Shown here one piece after another: positions 1-4,898 of a stretch of 4,898 bases of DNA; position 1 is the stretch's first letter, and every line of letters begins with the position of its first letter. The notes under the pieces are model-generated. The model was not told where the DNA came from. It did no database searches and saw only the letters and a program-made list of their open reading frames with translations. The position numbers and the translations under genes were made by a program. The DNA comes from a virus (Duplodnaviria; Heunggongvirae; Uroviricota; Caudoviricetes), in the IMG/VR virus record IMGVR_UViG_2534681628_000018; one strand, given 5' to 3'.

Positions 1-1
1 T

Positions 2-169
2 CGCGATGTACGCACAATCGTTGAGCTGGGAAAAACAATCGACTTTGATGCCAGAATCGTTATTCCATTTGAAGGCGTGCGCCACAATGCGCTGGATGAT
101 GCCCGTCACCAGGCAAAATACGTTTCAGCAATCTGGCAAAAACTGATCCCGAATCCGGTTGATTTTTAA
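2..169 (+). CDS. C-terminal fragment of a DnaQ-like (DEDDh) 3'-5' exonuclease; 5' end lies outside the window
   Basis: Frame is open from the window edge to TAA at 167-169 and translates to RDVRTIVELGKTIDFDARIVIPFEGVRHNALDDARHQAKYVSAIWQKLIPNPVDF. The segment H-N-A-L-D-D-A...Y fits the Exo III motif (H-x-A-x-x-D-A) of DnaQ/RNase T/ExoX-type exonucleases. Not in the ORF track because it contains no start codon. Only 55 residues are visible. Confidence 0.45.
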   Translation, partial: RDVRTIVELGKTIDFDARIVIPFEGVRHNALDDARHQAKYVSAIWQKLIPNPVDF

Positions 170-235
170 TGTTCAACCCTGATCGCCGTCCCCGAATTAT
201 ATTGGCGGCGGTCATGCTGTAAGGCACGTGACCAC

Positions 236-487
236 ATGTACGAATTAACTCTATCGCCAGCAGAGATTCAAGAGATCACGAAATACGAGCGATACACAAA
301 ACAGCAACACCAGTTAAGGCTGCACGGTATCCCATTTGTAATCGGTCCTAAAAACGAACCAATAGTTCTTCGCAGGGATATTCCACACGGACTGACTACG
401 ATGCCAAAAGCACCTGAACTGGTTTCCGCTGAACCCGATTTTGAGGCGCTGAACAATGGGAAGACCAAGAAAAAACAAAAAAGATAA
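236..487 (+). CDS. xis: Excisionase (lambda Xis-like recombination directionality factor), 83 aa
   Basis: Small ORF immediately upstream of and overlapping int. The N-terminus MYELTL resembles lambda Xis (MYLTLQEW...), and the basic C-terminal tail NNGKTKKKQKR resembles lambda's ...RNGKKAKS. ATG at 236 is the only start in this frame after the upstream stop at 167-169; AAGG lies about 12 nt upstream. Confidence 0.65.
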   Translation: MYELTLSPAEIQEITKYERYTKQQHQLRLHGIPFVIGPKNEPIVLRRDIPHGLTTMPKAPELVSAEPDFEALNNGKTKKKQKR

Positions 488-1475
488 TGCACTACCACCG
501 CGTGTTAGATCGAATGGTTACAGTTACGTATGGAAACCCGAAGGAAGCACAAGAACTATAGGGCTCGGAAGAGTGCGGGAAACCAGCATAGCTAAAGTCT
601 GGCAAAATTATGAGCTGGAAAAAGCAAAACTCCACAACATAATGACAGTAGCTAAATTATGGCACATGTTTATGGACTCCCCTGCATTTACAGAACTGGC
701 CCCCCGAACCCAAAAAGATTATCGGCAACATCAAAGGGCATTGTTGGCAGTATTCGGAAAAGTGCTTGCTGATAATGTAAAAATTGAACAGGTAAGAATT
801 TTCATGGATAAGCGAGGACTTGAGAGCAAGACCCAGGCAAACCATGAACTGGCAAGTCTGAGCCGTATATACGGATGGGGATACGAGCGTGGGTATGTAA
901 AAAATAATCCATGCAAAGGAGTCAGAAAATTCACACTTAAAGCCCGTACTGTTTACATCACCGATGAACAGTATGCTGCAATATATGCGGAAGCAATTCC
1001 ACAGTTATGTATTGCAATGGAGATATCCTATCTTTGTGCGGCAAGGCTCGGTGATGTACTCGAGCTGAAATGGCAGGATATTATGGATAAAGGGATTTAC
1101 ATTGAGCAAAACAAGACTGGCACTAAACAAATCAAGGAATGGTCTCCGCGATTACGTACGGCGATCCAGTTAGCCCGAAATGTATCTTCCGGCACATGCG
1201 AGTATGTGATCAACACAACCAAAGGCGAGAAGGTAATAGCCAAGACGCTGAACAACTGGTGGAATCAGGCTAAACGTGCAGCCGAGCAAAAAGCCGGCGT
1301 TCCGTTTGGATGCAACTTCCATGACATAAAAGCCAAAGGGATTTCAGATTACGAAGGCAGCAGTCGCGACAAACAAATTTTCAGTGGACACAAAACAGAA
1401 AATCAGGTGTTGATTTACGATCGTAAAACCAAAATCACCCCAACACTGGATTTGCCGCTTGTGGTCAGTAAGTAG
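456..1475 (+). CDS. int: Site-specific tyrosine recombinase, lambda Int family, 339 aa
   Basis: N-terminus MGRPRKNKKDNALPPRVRSNGYSYVWKPEG...GLGRVRE parallels the lambda/HK022 Int arm-binding domain (MGRRRSHERRDLPPNLYIRNNGYY...GLGRDRR). Catalytic-domain landmarks align by eye: AARLGDVLELKWQDI (Arg I), IEQNKTGTK (Lys), FHDIK (box II His), GHK (His), VLIYDRK (Tyr nucleophile). First in-frame ATG after the stop at 450-452; TAG stop at 1473-1475. Confidence 0.92.
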   Translation: MGRPRKNKKDNALPPRVRSNGYSYVWKPEGSTRTIGLGRVRETSIAKVWQNYELEKAKLHNIMTVAKLWHMFMDSPAFTELAPRTQKDYRQHQRALLAVFGKVLADNVKIEQVRIFMDKRGLESKTQANHELASLSRIYGWGYERGYVKNNPCKGVRKFTLKARTVYITDEQYAAIYAEAIPQLCIAMEISYLCAARLGDVLELKWQDIMDKGIYIEQNKTGTKQIKEWSPRLRTAIQLARNVSSGTCEYVINTTKGEKVIAKTLNNWWNQAKRAAEQKAGVPFGCNFHDIKAKGISDYEGSSRDKQIFSGHKTENQVLIYDRKTKITPTLDLPLVVSK

Positions 1476-1480
1476 GCAAT

Positions 1481-1496
1481 CCAGAAAATTTTCTGG
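1481..1496. other. Perfect 16-bp palindrome CCAGAAAATTTTCTGG, 5 nt downstream of the int stop
   Basis: Read directly from the sequence; self-complementary. No T-run follows on either strand, so more likely a protein-binding site or RNA stem than an intrinsic terminator. Confidence 0.3.
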
Positions 1497-1503
1497 CAAA
1501 AAG

Positions 1504-1513
1504 ACTTGGTATA
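1504..1513 (+). repeat. Candidate integrase arm-type site ACTTGGTATA (int-proximal arm)
   Basis: The same 10-mer recurs at 1733-1742 on the other side of the att core, and TTGGTATATT (1506-1515) recurs at 1747-1756. A degenerate copy CTTGGTGTT lies at 1549-1557. Confidence 0.4.
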
Positions 1514-1616
1514 TTAACTCTGAATAGCTCCCTAATATCTTGATTTTTCTTGGTGTTAGGTCTGATTAACTTTTCAGCTATTTTGCGTATTGCACTGATT
1601 TTTCTTTATTTTTCTT

Positions 1617-1676
1617 CGGTCTTGAAAACCGGCGACCCGAAAGGGTTCCAGAGTTCGAATCTCTGCGCTTCCGCCA
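1617..1676 (+). other. att core: 3'-terminal 60 nt of a tRNA-Ser(UGA) gene (serT-type), from the anticodon stem through the CCA end; not a complete tRNA
   Basis: CGGTCTTGAAAACCGGCGACCCGAAAGGGTTCCAGAGTTCGAATCTCTGCGCTTCCGCCA matches the 3' part of E. coli tRNA-Ser(UGA) as I recall it: anticodon loop CUUGAAA, long variable arm, T-arm CAGAG/TTCGAAT/CTCTG, acceptor 3' strand CGCTTCC, discriminator G, CCA. The required 5' acceptor strand GGAAGCG and D-arm are absent from the ~30 nt upstream (1587-1616 is AT-rich and unrelated). Confidence 0.85.
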
Positions 1677-1684
1677 AATAATCA

Positions 1685-1718
1685 AGGGGTTACAAAATGG
1701 TAGCCCCTTTGCTTTTTT
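1685..1718 (+). terminator. Rho-independent terminator directly downstream of the tRNA-Ser fragment; possibly bidirectional
   Basis: Stem AGGGGTTAC (1685-1693) pairs with GTAGCCCCT (1700-1708), 9 bp with one G-U pair, loop AAAATG, followed by TTGCTTTTTT (1709-1718). On the minus strand the same hairpin is followed by a weaker U-rich stretch (TGATTATTTGG), so it could also end the tfa/stf transcript. Confidence 0.6.
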
Positions 1719-1722
1719 GGCT

Positions 1723-1756
1723 CTTGGTATAAACTTGGTATACCAATTGGTATATT
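1723..1756 (+). repeat. Cluster of candidate integrase arm-type sites: three direct TTGGTATA copies at ~11-12 bp spacing plus an embedded 12-bp palindrome
   Basis: CTTGGTATA at 1723-1731 and 1734-1742, ATTGGTATA at 1746-1754; perfect palindrome TACCAATTGGTA at 1741-1752. Helical-repeat spacing and placement 47-80 bp from the core resemble the P'1-P'3 arrangement of lambda attP. Confidence 0.45.
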
Positions 1757-1817
1757 TTCAGTCTTTAATATCTGCGATATTTTTCCCGCGAGCACCTCTT
1801 TTGATGTCTTTGTGGCC

Positions 1818-2402
1818 TCAAGGTTTTTCTGAGCTAACGACCAGTTTCCTGATTGAACCCAAATCCTCCAGATTATTCAGTTCTTCCTTCATCTCCCGCT
1901 GACGTCGATAAATCTCGTCATTGCGATCGAGCTGCGCCTGCGCCATTGCTGCCGCCAGTTCTTCCAGTTCCGGCATTGACAGTTTCACCTGTTGATTATC
2001 GGCATCACCCCATGCAAGGGCGGTTCGTGCCGTATCGGATTTCGCCGCCATTACTACCGGATAAAGACGGGCCATTGAGTCGGGGCCAGCGTTCCAGGTG
2101 CGACCGTTCCATTCAAAGGTGAACGGCAGTGCTTCCTGTTCTGTGCGCCATGCCTCGATTTCCTGCTTTTTGGCATCCTTCGCCGCGGCGATAAGTTCCG
2201 GCGTGACAGTGAAAGGGGCGATTTCGCCCCATTTGCCGTTCTGCAACTCTTCCCAGATGCGCTGGCCTGTCGGTGCGGTATCATCCTGCATGGCGGTATA
2301 CGGGACGAATTCCGTTTCACCTTCAAATAACACCTCGCAGTCAACCGCACCATTTTCAAGATAATGGGCGTTTCTGATGCCCTTTACCGCTCTGATTTTC
2401 AT
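1818..2402 (-). CDS. tfa: Tail fibre assembly / tail fibre chaperone-like protein, 194 aa
   Basis: Begins 13 nt downstream of the stf stop on the same strand, with GGGGAA about 8 nt upstream of its ATG (minus-strand reading TAA-CGGGGAATAAAAC-ATG). Same length as lambda Tfa (194 aa) and shares a central W-N-G-x-x-W segment (FTFEWNGRTWNAG vs lambda EYQKWNGTAWVKD). The C-terminal half is not obviously lambda-Tfa-like, so the assignment rests mainly on synteny. Confidence 0.6.
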   Translation of the reverse strand: MKIRAVKGIRNAHYLENGAVDCEVLFEGETEFVPYTAMQDDTAPTGQRIWEELQNGKWGEIAPFTVTPELIAAAKDAKKQEIEAWRTEQEALPFTFEWNGRTWNAGPDSMARLYPVVMAAKSDTARTALAWGDADNQQVKLSMPELEELAAAMAQAQLDRNDEIYRRQREMKEELNNLEDLGSIRKLVVSSEKP

Positions 2403-2415
2403 GTTTTATTCCCCG

Positions 2416-4898
2416 TTACTCGATGCGCACAAACAGGCAGATACGACCGGTTATTCCTTTAGAGTCCCTGACCCCGGATAGCGCCATATAACGCCCCGGG
2501 AAAGTGTACCCTGTAGCTCCTGCACTCGGTGCGGAATTGTAGGAGCCAACCCCAGCAGAAGATATTAAGCACGAAAGATTAACTCCGCCCAGTTGTGACC
2601 CCTGCACCACATCACCCAGGCCAATATTGATTTCTTTATCCCCGGAAGTTGTTCCGCGATAAACAGCCAGCACTGGAACACCCACTGCCGGGTATTTGAA
2701 ATATGAGCCTGAGCCTGCTGTCCGGGACAGTAAGAACGCCAGCGAATCGCCGTCGTAAATAATGGGGCTTACTGTTGCATTCCAGTTGTTTCCACTCCAG
2801 CGGTAAGTCAGGCGATGAATACTGTGCTCACCTTCGTAATACTGGTTAAAACACAGCAGCGTTTTGAATTTACGCACTGTGTCTGACTCGTCGTTATCAA
2901 AGGGTGACCACATCACATCAATGATGCCGTTAAATTTCGTTGTGCCAGCCAGCAGCATGGAAGAGTCCGCAATACTGACCGCATAACGCCCCGGGGCGGC
3001 CTTTTTCAGCCATTCAACAAAATCGGCCTGCCCGTTAAATGTCAGAGCGTCGGCACTGGTGAATGCCTGACCGAATCCATGCATGCCGGACAGTGCCAGT
3101 CTGCCCGGTGTGCGGTCGCGGATATCGCTCTGGGGTTCCATCGTCGCAGCCGCTTTCAGTTCAAGCTCCGTGCGCATGGCTTCAGGCGTGTTTCGTGCCA
3201 GTAATGAGCGAGCCTTGTTGCTGCATGGAATTGCTTTTGCTTTAAAGTTATCACCAAAATAAAGGAGAGAGTTTTGTCCCACCCCTGCCTTGCTGATACT
3301 GGTTAACGTATCGTTAAGCGGCTGTTTACCTGCCAGTGCATTAGTGACGGTTGTCGCAAAGTTCGGGTCATTGCCCAGTGCCGCTGCCAGCTCGTTCAGC
3401 GTGTCCAGGGCTTCCGGTGATGAGCCAACCAGTGCGGCGAGCAGTTTGCGCACAAACGCCGCATTGGCTATTTCAGTGCCTGCTGCATCATCCTGTGGTG
3501 TTGGCGTGGACGGCGTTCCGGTCAGTGCCGGGCTGTTCAGTGGCGCTCGGGTTTCAATCAGTGCCCGGAGTGAAGCCTCGTTGACTTTCAGGTTTTCCCA
3601 GCCAACCAGATAACCACCTCCGGTAGTCCAGTAGCGATTGTAATAAATATGACCGTTAATACCGTAAAAAATAATGATTTTGGCCACATATGCCGTATCA
3701 TGGCTGATTTGAGGTTCCGGCCAGATAATTTCAACGGTACCCTTGAACAGCACGCCCTGTATTACCGCATTTGTATCTGCATAAACGGCATAGCGTCCGG
3801 GATTTGCCGTTTTTACCCAGCGGAGAAAATCGGCCTCTGTTTTAAACTCGGTCCTGTCGCCGATGAAAAATACTTTCCCGAATCCAAACATGCCGGGAAT
3901 CGCCAGACGGCCTTCGGTGCGGTCGTAAATATTCTCCTGCGCATCCTTCTGTGCTGCATTGCCAAGTTGTGGCGTCAGATTCGTCCAGGTGACCGGGGCG
4001 GAGATATTATCGCCACGAACGGTCATAAGAATCCGTCCGTCTTTTCCAAAAAACAGAACCAGCTTTGTTGCTGTCTGGCTGGTTTTGTCGGCCCGGCCAT
4101 TATCCAGCCAGATAATTTCTGTTATCCCGGTTGTTTCTTCCGTTCGTGTGGCAAAGGTGTAATAGCGTCCCGGGTGCAGGTTGTGAGCGGTTCTGGCTAC
4201 AGTCGCCATATCGCTGGCAATAATTGAACGCGCTCCGGCGTCCGTCATTCCGTAACCATACGCACCGGGAAGCGCAATGCGGCCTTTCGTGCTGTCGTGA
4301 ATGTCTGTCTGAATATCCATTACCGCTGCGCTTTTCAGCTCAAGCTCATTGCGCATAGCTTCCACTGTGGCCTGTGCCAGCAGTGACCGGGCTTTTTCTG
4401 ACAGTGGAGACAGTGAAGCATTTCCGTCCTGATTAAAGCACAGAAGATTATCTGCCCGTTCTTCCAGATTACTGATTGCGGTTAACACGTCACTGAGTGG
4501 CTGTTTACCTGCCAGTGCTTTGGTGACTGTCGTCGCAAAATTCGGGTCATTTCCCAGCGCCGCTGCCAGCTCGTTCAGCGTGTCCAGGGCTTCCGGTGAC
4601 GAGTCAACCAGTGCAGCGAGCAGTTTGCGGACAAATGCCGCGTTCGCTGTTTCCAGACCGGCAGCATCGTCCGGTGGGGTTGGTGTGGTGGGCGTGCCGG
4701 TGAATGCCGGGCTGTCCAGCGGCGCTTTTGTTTTCGTCTCGTCCATGACGGTTTTGACGGCCTTCGGTGTGGCTGCCAGTTCTTCGCTGTCGTTGTCCGT
4801 ATCACTACAGAGTTGCACCAGGCCTTTTTCTGTCGTGGAAGCACTGCTTCCCTTCAGGTCATCAACTATCCGTTGCGCCTCGTCCCTGTGCTGTTTTG
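2416..4898 (-). CDS. stf: Side tail fibre protein (lambda Stf-like), C-terminal ~827 codons; N-terminus lies beyond the window edge
   Basis: The ORF track starts it at a GTG (4818), but the frame carries no stop in the codons from 4896 down to 4819 (...KQHRDEAQRIVDDLKGSSASTTEKGLVQLCSDTDNDSEELAATPKAVK). This continues the match to the conserved lambda Stf segment (...RKGIVQLSSATNSTSETLAATPKAVKVVMDETNRKAPLDSPALTGTP...NTLNELAAALGNDPDFATTMTNALAGKQP). TAA stop at 2416-2418. Confidence 0.9.
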   Translation of the reverse strand, partial: KQHRDEAQRIVDDLKGSSASTTEKGLVQLCSDTDNDSEELAATPKAVKTVMDETKTKAPLDSPAFTGTPTTPTPPDDAAGLETANAAFVRKLLAALVDSSPEALDTLNELAAALGNDPNFATTVTKALAGKQPLSDVLTAISNLEERADNLLCFNQDGNASLSPLSEKARSLLAQATVEAMRNELELKSAAVMDIQTDIHDSTKGRIALPGAYGYGMTDAGARSIIASDMATVARTAHNLHPGRYYTFATRTEETTGITEIIWLDNGRADKTSQTATKLVLFFGKDGRILMTVRGDNISAPVTWTNLTPQLGNAAQKDAQENIYDRTEGRLAIPGMFGFGKVFFIGDRTEFKTEADFLRWVKTANPGRYAVYADTNAVIQGVLFKGTVEIIWPEPQISHDTAYVAKIIIFYGINGHIYYNRYWTTGGGYLVGWENLKVNEASLRALIETRAPLNSPALTGTPSTPTPQDDAAGTEIANAAFVRKLLAALVGSSPEALDTLNELAAALGNDPNFATTVTNALAGKQPLNDTLTSISKAGVGQNSLLYFGDNFKAKAIPCSNKARSLLARNTPEAMRTELELKAAATMEPQSDIRDRTPGRLALSGMHGFGQAFTSADALTFNGQADFVEWLKKAAPGRYAVSIADSSMLLAGTTKFNGIIDVMWSPFDNDESDTVRKFKTLLCFNQYYEGEHSIHRLTYRWSGNNWNATVSPIIYDGDSLAFLLSRTAGSGSYFKYPAVGVPVLAVYRGTTSGDKEINIGLGDVVQGSQLGGVNLSCLISSAGVGSYNSAPSAGATGYTFPGRYMALSGVRDSKGITGRICLFVRIE
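3302..3547. repeat. Intragenic direct repeat, copy A (~246 bp), encoding the second copy of the conserved Stf collar segment
   Basis: Aligns without gaps to 4481-4726 at roughly 80-85% identity by hand count, including a 41-bp perfect match (3380-3420 = 4559-4599, GCCGCTGCCAGCTCGTTCAGCGTGTCCAGGGCTTCCGGTGA). Confidence 0.85.
4481..4726. repeat. Intragenic direct repeat, copy B (~246 bp), encoding the first copy of the conserved Stf collar segment
   Basis: See copy A. The copies lie 1,179 bp apart, an exact multiple of three, so they are in the same reading frame and orientation. Confidence 0.85.

Larger units (their letters stand above)
1..4898. mobile_element. Lambda-like temperate phage / prophage segment: recombination module (exo-like, xis, int), att site, and tail-fibre module (tfa, stf)
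   Basis: Gene content and order xis->int->att<-tfa<-stf, which mirrors the lambda arrangement around attP (J/stf/tfa - b region - attP - int - xis); tRNA 3' fragment at the att position. Confidence 0.85.

Noticed and set aside
172-203. Sigma-70 promoter for xis (TATATT at 198-203)
   Set aside because: The -10-like hexamer has no acceptable -35 at 16-19 bp spacing (TTCAAC lies 20 nt away), which is too weak to call from sequence alone.
452-487. Programmed frameshift producing a Xis-Int fusion across the A-rich overlap (AAGAAAAAACAAAAAAGATAA)
   Set aside because: The A AAA AAG heptamer is not in register with the xis frame, and int lies in the +1 frame with its own ATG and a plausible upstream GAGG. 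Ordinary overlapping genes explain it, as with lambda xis/int.
268-934. Minus-strand ORFs inside xis/int (268-498, 657-845, 731-934)
   Set aside because: Antisense to the well-supported xis and int genes, with no recognisable protein features.
1587-1676. A complete tRNA-Ser gene
   Set aside because: Only the 3' 60 nt match. The upstream ~30 nt are AT-rich and cannot supply the 5' acceptor strand (GGAAGCG) or D-arm, so this is a displaced 3' fragment serving as att core.
1680-1692. IHF consensus match AATCAAGGGGTTA
   Set aside because: It overlaps the terminator stem, and the degenerate consensus matches frequently by chance. The minus-strand match at 1533-1545 in the AT-rich arm is more credible but still unverified.
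1717-2364. ORFs 1717-1902 (+), 1853-2122 (+), 2098-2364 (+) and 2054-2359 (-)
   Set aside because: They span the att arm or overlap tfa. The minus-strand one is an Arg-rich off-frame read of tfa. None has a plausible start context or family resemblance.
2900-4300. Plus-strand ORFs inside stf (3063-3245, 3290-3613, 3351-3584, 3649-4227, 3959-4162) and minus-strand ORF 4575-4844
   Set aside because: All overlap the long, homology-supported stf reading frame. Their translations are low-complexity and Cys/Arg/Pro-rich, as expected for spurious antisense or off-frame ORFs in GC-rich coding DNA.
1-4898. Invertible tail-fibre switch (Pin/Gin/Cin-type), CRISPR array, or toxin-antitoxin/defence island
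   Set aside because: No invertase gene, no inverted copies of the stf collar segment (the repeats are direct), no short regularly spaced repeats, and no unassigned gene-sized coding space in the window.

Overview
This window reads as the integration-module / tail-fibre junction of a lambda-like temperate phage (or prophage) of an enterobacterium. Left to right: the 3' end of a DnaQ-like exonuclease gene (+), then xis and a lambda-family tyrosine integrase (+, overlapping by 32 nt). An AT-rich att region follows, whose core is the last 60 nt of a serT-type tRNA-Ser(UGA) gene, flanked by repeated ACTTGGTATA-like motifs and followed by a hairpin terminator. Converging from the right on the minus strand are a tail-fibre-assembly-like gene and the C-terminal ~2.5 kb of a side-tail-fibre gene that runs off the window edge. 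I see no CRISPR, rRNA, complete tRNA, toxin-antitoxin pair or recognisable defence system. The points most worth a second look are the att topology (phage genes on both sides, so an intact attP), an internal tandem duplication in the tail-fibre gene with a 41-bp perfect repeat core, and an apparent Lys at the integrase Arg-II position. All homology statements come from reading the translations against sequences recalled from memory; no database search was run.
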